A stretch of DNA of 64,000 nucleotides from Candidatus Saccharimonadota bacterium (lineage in GTDB: Bacteria; Patescibacteriota; Saccharimonadia; Saccharimonadales; UBA4665): positions 144,948-208,947 of the forward strand of contig JAQGGT010000006.1 in the NCBI GenBank assembly GCA_028289245.1, given 5' to 3'. The translations under genes were made by a program, and so were the position numbers. Below are positions 55,148 through 63,586 of the stretch, in pieces; positions within the stretch are counted from its first letter, which is position 1; each line of letters begins with the position of its first letter. The notes beneath the pieces are model-generated. The model saw nothing but the letters and a program-made list of their open reading frames with translations, made no database searches and was not told the origin of the DNA.

Positions 55148-56023
55148 ATGAAAAAACCATTCCCCTTACGCCAACAAGGCTTTACCCATGTTATTGCCCT
55201 GGTGATTATCGTACTGGTTGCCGCTATTGGTGGCACCTACTATCTGGTGGCCAGCCACGCCGACGCTCCCCGCTATGTTAAATATTCGTGGTCTAGCTGT
55301 GTCTATGATACTGCGTCGTCACCTGCGAAACATCTATCGCCTAGTCAATGGGCAGCTGTAGGCAACCCAAGTCCAGTGACAGTAGCGCATATCACAGGTG
55401 ACTATGTGCTCCATTATGCTACCAATCCAAGCGCACTCTATCTCGTACAACCAGATGCCAGCTGCGGTAACCACTATCTGACCCTCTCGGAATGGCAGGC
55501 CATGGGTAGCCCGGCGGCAGTCAGTAACCCAGCACGCTTCTACAAATCAGCATCAAACCCCACCATTTACAGCGGGGGTGTAGCCATAAGTTACCCGCAA
55601 TGGACACTGTGGGGGTCACCAAGTCCGGTAATCAGCGCTAACCCGCAGCAGGATTCAATCACGCCCGCGGTGACGCACTGGACCACAATACCAACCATAT
55701 ACGCTAAAAGTTCTTACACCCCCTCAATAAGCGCCTGCTATCTAACAAAAACAACCACGACAGCAACGGTCAAGATTCGAGCAATCCGGCCTAACTCTAG
55801 CGTAGTTTCGCAGGCGGTCGTATGGAGCGCATACCAGCAGTTTGATAAGCTTGCTGGCTCTAAAGATGGTGCAACCTGGACTAACAATGTGAATATTGTA
55901 CAAGCAACCATCCCACTTACCGATTACCTTGGGCTGAGCTACCAAACAAATAGTGCTGGGTACGCATACACCGAAGTAAATAATCCCCCTCGCGTTAATA
56001 GTCTTAGTCTTGAGCAGTGCTAA
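55148..56023 (+). CDS. secreted/anchored repeat protein with a pilin-like N-terminus, unknown function
   Basis: The N-terminus is LRQQG|FTHVIALVIIVLVAAIGG. Three repeats share the core W..(V/M/W)G(N/S)P(S/A)(P/A)V: SPSQWAAVGNPSPVTV, TLSEWQAMGSPAAVSN and SYPQWTLWGSPSPVIS. Confidence 0.6.
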   Translation: MKKPFPLRQQGFTHVIALVIIVLVAAIGGTYYLVASHADAPRYVKYSWSSCVYDTASSPAKHLSPSQWAAVGNPSPVTVAHITGDYVLHYATNPSALYLVQPDASCGNHYLTLSEWQAMGSPAAVSNPARFYKSASNPTIYSGGVAISYPQWTLWGSPSPVISANPQQDSITPAVTHWTTIPTIYAKSSYTPSISACYLTKTTTTATVKIRAIRPNSSVVSQAVVWSAYQQFDKLAGSKDGATWTNNVNIVQATIPLTDYLGLSYQTNSAGYAYTEVNNPPRVNSLSLEQC

Positions 56024-56070
56024 CTGTCGTCACATACTGAGTAACTGGGCTAAAGGATAATTACGGCAAT

Positions 56071-56097
56071 CTAGCACTCTTGATACAGGAGTGCTAG
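56071..56097. promoter_or_regulatory. CIRCE operator upstream of grpE
   Basis: CTAGCACTC-ttgatacag-GAGTGCTAG. TATAAT at 56103-56108 lies 8 nt before the grpE ATG. Confidence 0.85.
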
Positions 56098-56116
56098 ATT
56101 GCTATAATGAAGAATT

Positions 56117-56599
56117 ATGACGAAAAAAACCGATGATATCGCTGCCGAGCCACAAGAGCCCAACCAGCTCGAGCAAAAGCTTAACGAGTTAACTGATGCG
56201 CTGCAGCGCGAGCGGGCCGACGCCATGAACCTCCGCCGCCGCCACGACGAAGAAATGGCCAGTCTGCGCGGTCGCGTCAAAACCAGTGTGGTGGCCGACT
56301 TATTACCGGTCATCGATAACTTCGAGCGCGCCCTTAAGCATGTGCCCGACGACATCAAAGATCACGACTATATTAAGGGAGTGCAAGGTGTCGTTAAGCA
56401 ATTTGAGAAAACACTTGCCGATATGGGCGTGGAGCGTATCAAGACCACCGGCGAGCCCTTCGACCCTAAGTATCACGAAGCCGTCAGTATGGAAGAAGGT
56501 GAGGGCAGTCAAGAAATTGTCTCCGAAGAGCTTCAGGCCGGCTATAAACTCGGCGAAGACGTCATCCGTCACGCCATGGTGCGCGTCACCACCAAATAA
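56117..56599 (+). CDS. grpE: nucleotide exchange factor GrpE
   Basis: A coiled-coil N-terminus (LQRERADAMNLRRR) is followed by LLPVIDNFERAL, FDPKYHEAV and GYKLGEDVIRHAMV. Confidence 0.9.
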   Translation: MTKKTDDIAAEPQEPNQLEQKLNELTDALQRERADAMNLRRRHDEEMASLRGRVKTSVVADLLPVIDNFERALKHVPDDIKDHDYIKGVQGVVKQFEKTLADMGVERIKTTGEPFDPKYHEAVSMEEGEGSQEIVSEELQAGYKLGEDVIRHAMVRVTTK

Positions 56600-56608
56600 T
56601 CCCTGACT

Positions 56609-56905
56609 ATGAATCCCGAAGACTTCACTCCATATGATAATGAGTTAAGCATCGACTATCAGCCGGAAGGCGCCCCGCTCAACCGCCTCCAAGCCTTTGT
56701 CCTACGCCACGAGACCGTCATTATGCGGGCGCTGCACGCCTTTGCGCAGTGCCCACCGTATATGCTGCCTCCGCCGGCCCCAAAAACCATAGCCCGGCCA
56801 CAGGTTTATCAGCCGCTCGATGAGGCTGAAGCCGGTGTTTTTGCGGCAACTTTGGTGAGTGACCGGGCCATCGCCCGCGCCTGCCGTAAAGAGATCGGTT
56901 GCTAG
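56609..56905 (+). CDS. hypothetical protein (98 aa) between grpE and dnaK
   Basis: The ORF starts 10 nt after the grpE stop. No motif was recognised. Confidence 0.4.
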   Translation: MNPEDFTPYDNELSIDYQPEGAPLNRLQAFVLRHETVIMRALHAFAQCPPYMLPPPAPKTIARPQVYQPLDEAEAGVFAATLVSDRAIARACRKEIGC

Positions 56906-56926
56906 GCGTTGCTCTAAATACAACAA

Positions 56927-56953
56927 TTAGCAGTCTTGACATCCGAGTGCTAA
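56927..56953. promoter_or_regulatory. CIRCE operator upstream of dnaK
   Basis: TTAGCAGTC-ttgacatcc-GAGTGCTAA. TTGACA lies within the spacer. Confidence 0.85.
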
Positions 56954-57010
56954 TTTTTTACCATAGTAGTACCCTATACTGACAATTTATGAACGAAAGG
57001 ACACTTTCTT

Positions 57011-58921
57011 ATGGCAAAAATTATTGGAATCGACCTCGGTACTACCAACTCGGCAATGGCCGTCATGCAATCTGGTAAGCCGGAAATTATCGCTAACAGC
57101 GAAGGCAATCGCACCACACCATCTGTCGTGGCAGTCAACAAGAACGGCGAGAGACTAGTAGGCCAGGTGGCCCGCCGCCAGCAAGTTACCAACAGCAAGA
57201 ACACCATCTACGAAGTAAAGCGTCTGATTGGCCGTAACTTCAAGGACGAAGAAGTCCAGCGCGACCTCAAGCTGATGGGCTATGAAATTATCAAGAACGG
57301 CAATAGCGTTAAGGTTAAGATGGGCGACAAAGAGTATAGCCCGGAGGAAGTCAGCGCCATGATCCTCGGCAAGCTCAAGAGCGATGCCGAAGCGTTCCTC
57401 GGTGACAAAGTTACCGAAGCGGTCATCACCGTCCCGGCTTACTTCGACGATTCGCAGCGCCAAGCCACCAAAGACGCTGGTAAAATCGCCGGCCTCGAGG
57501 TAAAGCGCATTATTAACGAGCCAACAGCCGCCGCATTGGCCTACGGTCTCGATAAAGCCGAGAAGTCCGACGAAAAAATCGCCGTTTACGACCTTGGTGG
57601 CGGTACCTTCGATGTTTCTATCCTAGAGCTCGGCGACGGTGTCTTTGAAGTCAAATCGACCAATGGTGATACTCACCTCGGTGGCGCCGACTTCGACCGC
57701 GTCATCATCAACTACTTTGCCGACGAGTTTAAAAAAGAGCACGGCATCGACATTCGTGATGACAAAGCCGCCATGCAGCGCCTGCGCGACGAAGCCGAAA
57801 AGGCCAAGATCGAGCTCTCCAGCGCCCAAGAAGTTGACGTCAACTTACCGTTCCTGACGGCCGACGCCGACGGCCCTAAGCACTTTGAGCACAAACTGAC
57901 CCGAGCCAAGCTTGAGCAGCTGGTCGGCGACCTGATCAGCAAGACCGCTGGCCCCTGCGAAAAGGCCCTTAAAGACGCCGGCCTGAAAGCCAGCGACATC
58001 GACGCTATCGTGCTCGTCGGTGGTATGACCCGCATGCCCGCCGTCGTCGAAAAGGTCAAGAGCATCTTCGGTAAAGACCCGATGAAGGGCGTGAACCCAG
58101 ACGAAGTTGTCGCCGTCGGCGCAGCTATCCAGGGCGGTGTGCTGCAGGGCGACGTCAAAGACGTCTTGCTCCTCGACGTCACCCCGCTGAGCCTCGGTAT
58201 CGAGACCATGGGCGGTGTCATGACCAAGCTCATCGAGCGCAACACTACTATCCCTACTAGCAAGTCCGAAGTCTTCTCGACTGCCGCCGACAACCAGCCA
58301 CAGGTAGAAATCCACGTTGGCCAGGGCGAGCGCGAAATGATCGACGGCAACAAGAGCCTCGGTCGCTTCATCCTCGACGGCATCCCTAGCGCACCGCGCG
58401 GTGTGCCGCAAATTGAAGTCACCTTCAACATCGACGCCAACGGTATCCTGAACGTTACGGCCAAAGACAAGGGCTCCGGAAAAGAGCAGAGCATTACCAT
58501 CAGCGGCTCGGGCAACCTGAACAAAGACGACGTCGAAAAGATGGCCAAAGAAGCCGAAGCGCACGCCGACGAAGACAAGGCCCGCAAAGATGCCGTCGAA
58601 GCCCGCAACCTGCTCGACAGCACCATTTACCAGGCCGAAAAAATGGCCAAAGACAACAAAGACCAGATTGGCGAGGAAGACATGAAGACCCTCAACGAAG
58701 CCGTCGAAGAAGCCAAGAAAGTTGTTGCCAAAGAAGATGCCAGTAAGGACGAACTTGAAAAAGCCGCTTCTGACCTCAACGACAAACTGATGCCAATCGG
58801 CGCCAAAATGTACGAGAACGACCAAGGCACCGACACCAGCGAATCCGACGCCGACGAGCAGGCCAAAGAAAACGACGAAGCCATCGAAGGTGAAGTCGTC
58901 GACGACAAAGACAAGAAATAA
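57011..58921 (+). CDS. dnaK: molecular chaperone DnaK (Hsp70)
   Basis: [18 protein letters not shown] and [10 protein letters not shown] are present, with an acidic C-terminal tail. Confidence 0.97.
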   Translation: MAKIIGIDLGTTNSAMAVMQSGKPEIIANSEGNRTTPSVVAVNKNGERLVGQVARRQQVTNSKNTIYEVKRLIGRNFKDEEVQRDLKLMGYEIIKNGNSVKVKMGDKEYSPEEVSAMILGKLKSDAEAFLGDKVTEAVITVPAYFDDSQRQATKDAGKIAGLEVKRIINEPTAAALAYGLDKAEKSDEKIAVYDLGGGTFDVSILELGDGVFEVKSTNGDTHLGGADFDRVIINYFADEFKKEHGIDIRDDKAAMQRLRDEAEKAKIELSSAQEVDVNLPFLTADADGPKHFEHKLTRAKLEQLVGDLISKTAGPCEKALKDAGLKASDIDAIVLVGGMTRMPAVVEKVKSIFGKDPMKGVNPDEVVAVGAAIQGGVLQGDVKDVLLLDVTPLSLGIETMGGVMTKLIERNTTIPTSKSEVFSTAADNQPQVEIHVGQGEREMIDGNKSLGRFILDGIPSAPRGVPQIEVTFNIDANGILNVTAKDKGSGKEQSITISGSGNLNKDDVEKMAKEAEAHADEDKARKDAVEARNLLDSTIYQAEKMAKDNKDQIGEEDMKTLNEAVEEAKKVVAKEDASKDELEKAASDLNDKLMPIGAKMYENDQGTDTSESDADEQAKENDEAIEGEVVDDKDKK

Positions 58922-58952
58922 GTATAGCTCGCAGGGAGTGAAGTCTAATTTG

Positions 58953-59240
58953 ATGAAGAAATTCACTCGAATATTTCATCCAAGCAAATCTTGGCGCGTC
59001 GACCTGGCCTTCTTACTTGTGAGTTCTATAATAATTTTGTCGGTGGCCACCGGTATGTTGCTCGATAATGAGCAGACCGGTGGCCCGGACATCTCCTTTG
59101 ATGGCGTATGGGACGGGGCAGTACTGGTAGTCATGATGACTATAAACGTCATCATGACAAGTATCATTGTCGCTACTGCAATAGTATCGGCCGGGCGGTT
59201 AGCCACTCGTTTACGGAGAGCTGGTAGAATAGAACGATGA
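58953..59240 (+). CDS. small two-TM membrane protein (95 aa)
   Basis: MKKFTRIFHPSKSWRVDLAFLLVSSIIILSVATGML...LVVMMTINVIMTSIIVATAIV. The start is set at ATG 58953, because the track start at 58890 overlaps dnaK. Confidence 0.4.
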   Translation: MKKFTRIFHPSKSWRVDLAFLLVSSIIILSVATGMLLDNEQTGGPDISFDGVWDGAVLVVMMTINVIMTSIIVATAIVSAGRLATRLRRAGRIER

Positions 59241-59506
59241 GCAAGCCCTATCAACAAGTCAGAAGTGATTTCGAAGTTCGCCGGTCGCTGGCGCGCGATG
59301 ATCCGAACATGCAGTTGGTTGCCGGGTTTTTGGGCCTTAACCTTTGCTGGGGCTTTGAGCCTTTAGAGGAATCATGGCAGCAAGCTGCGGGTGCACTCGA
59401 AGCCCTCGCTGACCGATATGTGCTGAACCCGGATGAAATCATCGTCATTCTTAATGAAATAGAAGATGAATTAGCCGTCGAAGAGGAGATAGTCCATGGC
59501 CGATAA
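59237..59506 (+). CDS. small acidic hypothetical protein (89 aa)
   Basis: It has an ATGA overlap with the preceding small ORF and an 11-nt overlap with the dnaJ start. Confidence 0.4.
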   Translation: MSKPYQQVRSDFEVRRSLARDDPNMQLVAGFLGLNLCWGFEPLEESWQQAAGALEALADRYVLNPDEIIVILNEIEDELAVEEEIVHGR

Positions 59507-60596
59507 ACGTGATTATTACGAAGTTCTAGGTCTTAGTAAGGGCGCTAGCGCTGACGAGATCAAGAAGGCTTTCCGCAAGGCGGCTATCGAGCATCACCCG
59601 GACCGCGGCGGCAACGAGGCCAAGTTCAAAGAAGTTAACGAAGCCTATGAGGTCTTGAAGGATCCTGCTAAAAAGCAGCGTTACGACCAGTTCGGCCACG
59701 CCGGTGTTGGCGGTGCGTCAGGCGGCGGAGGCGGCGGCTTTGGCGGTTTCGAGGGCTTTGGTGGCGCGCAGGGCCAAAACATCAACTTTGACTTCGGCGA
59801 TCTCGGGCTCGGTGACATCTTCGGTAGTTTCTTCGGTGGCGGCCAGAACCGTGGCCAAGGTCAGCAACAGCAGGCTCGTGGCCGCGACATTGAGTCCCGC
59901 CTCGACATCAGCTTCGAAGAAGCCGTTTTCGGTACCGAAAAAGATCTCCAACTTACCATGGACGACGAGTGTGAGCACTGTAAAGGTAGTACGGTTGAAC
60001 CCGGCTATGAGCTCAAAACTTGTGATACTTGTAAGGGTACCGGCCAGGTCGTAACCGTCGCCCGGACCATTTTTGGTAACATTCAGCAGGCCAGCGTCTG
60101 CCCGACCTGCCACGGCCGCGGTAAAGTCCCCGAGAAGCAGTGCACCGTCTGTAAGGGCAAGGGCACTCAAAGCAAAAAGCAGATTATCAGCCTCAAAATC
60201 CCAGCCGGCATCGACGATGGCGCTACCGTGCGTCTGCGCGAACGCGGCGAGGCTGTCGCCAATGGCCCTAAGGGCGACCTGTACGTCAACATTCGCGTCC
60301 GGCCCCACAAACGCTTCACCCGTGAGGGTGACCTTATCCTCAGTGACGAGCACATCAACATGGTCGAGGCGGCCCTCGGCACCGAGATCGATGTCGACAC
60401 CGTCGACGGCCCTATTCGCATGAAAATCCCGGCCGGCACCCAAGGCGGCACCGATTTCAAGCTCAGCGGCCACGGCGTGACGCAGCTGCGCGGCAGCGGC
60501 CGCGGTGCCCACATCGTCACGATCATCGTTGATACGCCTACCAAGCTATCCAAGCAGCAGAAAGCCCTGCTCGAAGAGTTTCTCGAAAGGAGCTAG
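59496..60596 (+). CDS. dnaJ: molecular chaperone DnaJ
   Basis: The J-domain carries HPD ([13 protein letters not shown]...HHPDRGG). A G/F-rich linker and four CxxCxGxG zinc-finger repeats follow. Confidence 0.95.
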   Translation: MADKRDYYEVLGLSKGASADEIKKAFRKAAIEHHPDRGGNEAKFKEVNEAYEVLKDPAKKQRYDQFGHAGVGGASGGGGGGFGGFEGFGGAQGQNINFDFGDLGLGDIFGSFFGGGQNRGQGQQQQARGRDIESRLDISFEEAVFGTEKDLQLTMDDECEHCKGSTVEPGYELKTCDTCKGTGQVVTVARTIFGNIQQASVCPTCHGRGKVPEKQCTVCKGKGTQSKKQIISLKIPAGIDDGATVRLRERGEAVANGPKGDLYVNIRVRPHKRFTREGDLILSDEHINMVEAALGTEIDVDTVDGPIRMKIPAGTQGGTDFKLSGHGVTQLRGSGRGAHIVTIIVDTPTKLSKQQKALLEEFLERS

Positions 60597-60597
60597 C

Positions 60598-61323
60598 CTA
60601 ACCGTCGACGGCGTCAGCGATATGCACCTGAGCCCGGCCAGCTTCTTTGGCGCTATACAAAGCGTCGTCGGCAGCTTTGAGGACTTCGGCCACACTAGTC
60701 GCTTCGACCGGTGCGATACCAATGCTCAGGCTGATCGGCAGCGTACTATCCGACTGCAGGCTCTCGTTTACTAGCGTCAAGAGCGTGGCTGCATCATCAG
60801 GGGTAGTATTAGAGAACAACGCAAAAAACTCGTCGCCAGACAGGCGGGCAGCAACTTCACCATGGCGATTGGTGGTAGCTTTGAGGGCGCCGGCAATTCG
60901 TTTCAGGACTTCGTCACCCGCGGCATGGCCATGGGTATCATTGATAAGCTTGAAATGATCAGCGTCGATGAAAGCCACCGTATCTCCTCTGGGGGCGTCA
61001 TGCGGACGCGGGCGCCGGGCGCGTTGGACTGCATCGCCCAGTTTCTGTTCGGCATAGGCCCGATTGCGGAGGCCGGTTAGGTGGTCAAACGTTGATTTCT
61101 CGGTGACAACGTCGAGCTCAGTTTGGGTGGCATTAAGCTGGGTAGCCATTACTTCGAGCTCCTCGGCGGCTAGTCGCGCCATAAGGATTTGGCCGGCCGT
61201 CTGACCGCTAATTAGGTGCTGATAGTAAGCATCCATTTCGGCAGATTCGGTAAAGCCTGCCTCGACCGCCGAGGGTGGTTGGCTCTTGGAGGTAAATGGG
61301 TCAGCAGAGTGCTCGTAAGTCAT
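60598..61323 (-). CDS. GGDEF-domain diguanylate cyclase (SGDEF variant) with a coiled-coil N-terminus
   Basis: DHLTGLRNR, FIDADHFKLINDTHGHAAGDEVL and RLSGDEFFALF motifs. Confidence 0.8.
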   Translation of the reverse strand: MTYEHSADPFTSKSQPPSAVEAGFTESAEMDAYYQHLISGQTAGQILMARLAAEELEVMATQLNATQTELDVVTEKSTFDHLTGLRNRAYAEQKLGDAVQRARRPRPHDAPRGDTVAFIDADHFKLINDTHGHAAGDEVLKRIAGALKATTNRHGEVAARLSGDEFFALFSNTTPDDAATLLTLVNESLQSDSTLPISLSIGIAPVEATSVAEVLKAADDALYSAKEAGRAQVHIADAVDG

Positions 61324-61400
61324 AACTATTTATAGCATAAAAACTATAAAATAGCAATACACAATAGGCTTTTGGCTTGACAATTTGATATGATGAACAG

Positions 61401-61514
61401 ATGAACAAGCATAAGCTGGATCAAAACGGCTTCATTCCTCTCCTGTTAGCGGTGCTCGGGCTGGTCTTGCTTGGGATAGTCTTTGTCTTTGTGCGTGTGG
61501 TGCACGCTAAATAA
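61401..61514 (+). CDS. candidate 37-aa single-TM peptide
   Basis: MNKHKLDQNGFIPLLLAVLGLVLLGIVFVFVRVVHAK. TATGAT (61389-61394) lies 6 nt upstream of the ATG, matching the leaderless pattern. Confidence 0.35.
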   Translation: MNKHKLDQNGFIPLLLAVLGLVLLGIVFVFVRVVHAK

Positions 61515-61518
61515 CTCG

Positions 61519-62433
61519 TTAGGCTACTAAATCGGTGAGGCTAAACTGCCCGTCGTGGGCCGTGACTGTCCGCCGCGACTTTCGGGCCGCCTGGCGATAG
61601 TGGAGTGCGGTTATGTGGGCCGGGCCCTTGCCGGTGCCGCGAATCACAGCCAGCTGGCCACCAGGATTGATCTGCAAGGCTACCTTGGCCGTCATACCGA
61701 GTCCCAGTTCGCCGAGTGCTCGGCGGCGATACATCATATCGTTAAAACTTGTCTCTCGAGAACGGTGCAGCTTCGGGGTTGCCTCAAAGTGAGGACAAAC
61801 AACGGTGTTGCTGATGGCTCCCAAAGCCTTAACATACCGATACTGCAAACCACCGGCAGCGGTGCGCCGAACAATACTGTCGCCGGCAGTGTGGCCACCG
61901 TCGAACCAGGCAATCGTGCCGGCACTTGTTCCCGTAATTACCTTGCCGTTCCGCATGGCGTCTAGTAGCTTGGTATCAAAGCCGAACGGCCGCCAGACTT
62001 GGTTGAGCATGCGATTAGTGTCGCCGCCGGCTACAAATATAAGATCGGCCGCTTCGATTTTCTCAGAGAGTTCGGCTTGGCTCGGAACCTTTGACGGGTT
62101 GATAGCCATGCCTCGTAAGGCCCCTGGTTCATCGCCTGCTGAGCGGTACATGTACGGGTGGAGTACGCTGGGGTCGGCACCGCGCTGAGTATAATAATCG
62201 GTTAGGCCGCCAACAATTCGTTCATGGCTGGCCGCCGATTTAGCTACTGCGGTCGGGACAATCAATACGTTTGGTTTGACGACACCTGTCATGTCGAGGG
62301 CGGTGTCGAAGAGGCGACGATCTTCCCACCAGTCTTGAGACATACTATAAGCGTCGCCCCCCATGAGGAGGCCGCGCAGGGCAGGGTCAACAGACGGAAT
62401 ATCAAATGAGAACTGGGCGTCTAACTCAGGCAT
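61519..62433 (-). CDS. peptidase S51 family protein (dipeptidase E / cyanophycinase family)
   Basis: FVAGGDTNRML, then GKVITGTSAGTIAW (the GxSAG nucleophile motif of S51). Confidence 0.75.
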   Translation of the reverse strand: MPELDAQFSFDIPSVDPALRGLLMGGDAYSMSQDWWEDRRLFDTALDMTGVVKPNVLIVPTAVAKSAASHERIVGGLTDYYTQRGADPSVLHPYMYRSAGDEPGALRGMAINPSKVPSQAELSEKIEAADLIFVAGGDTNRMLNQVWRPFGFDTKLLDAMRNGKVITGTSAGTIAWFDGGHTAGDSIVRRTAAGGLQYRYVKALGAISNTVVCPHFEATPKLHRSRETSFNDMMYRRRALGELGLGMTAKVALQINPGGQLAVIRGTGKGPAHITALHYRQAARKSRRTVTAHDGQFSLTDLVA

Positions 62434-62488
62434 AACATTATTATATAATATATTATATAACTATTCAAGCTTTATGCTAGAATAGGGT

Positions 62489-63427
62489 ATGTCTTTAAGT
62501 ATCACCAGCCATTTGATCATTGATGCTGCCCAAAAACGGGGGTGGGAAGTAAAGATTATTCATGCAGAAGACGCCTTTTACCGGATACGCCAACCGAGCG
62601 GTGAAACGTATTACGTACGGAGTAATGCGACACGCAAAATGGGCTCTACCAACACCTATATCACCAAGAATAAAGACGTGTTGTACGCTATCGCAGCCGA
62701 ATTAGGAGTCCGCATACCGGAGACGGTCGTTGCTACCGATGACCGGGATGGCGCCTTTAATTTGTTGCATAAATATCCCTTGCTGGTAGTGAAGCCCGCT
62801 GATCAAGGTCATGGCGACGGTATCACGGTAGGCATTACGAACGAAGCTGAGCTCACCAAGGCGCTCGAGTATGCCGAACGGTTTAGCAAGCGTGTCCTGG
62901 TGCAGCAGCACATTGCCGGGGACGATTACCGGGTGCTGTGTATCGATAAAAAGCTTGCCGCCGCCGCCATACGCAAGCCTGCATTCGTGACGGGTGACGG
63001 GGAGCACACTCTCGGCCAGCTGATCGATATTGAGAATCAAAGCGCTCGCCGAGCTAGTGGGTACAGCAACCTGCTGACGAGTATTGAGCTTGAACAAGCT
63101 ACGCGCTATCTCGGTGATCGAATTGACGAAATCGCCCCTGCCGGTGAAGAAGTACGCGTCATGGGCATTTCTAATGTCGGCAAGGGTGGGGTGGCTCTAG
63201 ATGTTACTGATGAACTACCGGCCGGGATGATTGAGGCGGCCTTAGCCGTCATCGAGCACCTTGATATCGGGCTGTGTGGTGTGGACTTTATGATGGGTGA
63301 TGACAACCAGCCCTATATGATCGAGATGAATTTGATGCCGAGTTTTGGCTTGCACGAGCATCCTTATCGGGGCCGCGCTCGACAAACACCCGATAAGTTT
63401 TTAGACTGGCTCATCAAAGATAATTAG
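62489..63427 (+). CDS. stand-alone ATP-grasp ligase resembling the G (ATP-grasp) domain of cyanophycin synthetase
   Basis: LLVVKPADQGHGDGITV, GDDYRVLCIDKKLAAAAIRKPAFVTGDGEHTLGQLIDIENQSARRASGYSNLLTSIELE, GGVALDVTDELP, GLCGVDFM and IEMNLMPS align with my recollection of CphA G-domain motifs. No Mur-ligase-like M domain is present. Confidence 0.8.
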   Translation: MSLSITSHLIIDAAQKRGWEVKIIHAEDAFYRIRQPSGETYYVRSNATRKMGSTNTYITKNKDVLYAIAAELGVRIPETVVATDDRDGAFNLLHKYPLLVVKPADQGHGDGITVGITNEAELTKALEYAERFSKRVLVQQHIAGDDYRVLCIDKKLAAAAIRKPAFVTGDGEHTLGQLIDIENQSARRASGYSNLLTSIELEQATRYLGDRIDEIAPAGEEVRVMGISNVGKGGVALDVTDELPAGMIEAALAVIEHLDIGLCGVDFMMGDDNQPYMIEMNLMPSFGLHEHPYRGRARQTPDKFLDWLIKDN

Positions 63428-63586
63428 CACTGCGTGGCAAAGGCCGTGCAAACATAAAGGGTATTGCAAAAAATGCATAAGAGTGATATAATTTCGATTC
63501 ATTCATTTGTTGATAGACATTCCGATCAGTGTGCTGTACAACAAAGGTATTACACAAAATTAGCAGTATTAGTATAAAGGAATCCC

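Noticed and set aside
57155-60553. Long antisense or alternative-frame ORFs inside dnaK and dnaJ (e.g. 57712-58626, 57845-58966, 59718-60512)
   Set aside because: They lie entirely within unambiguous chaperone genes and have low-complexity translations.
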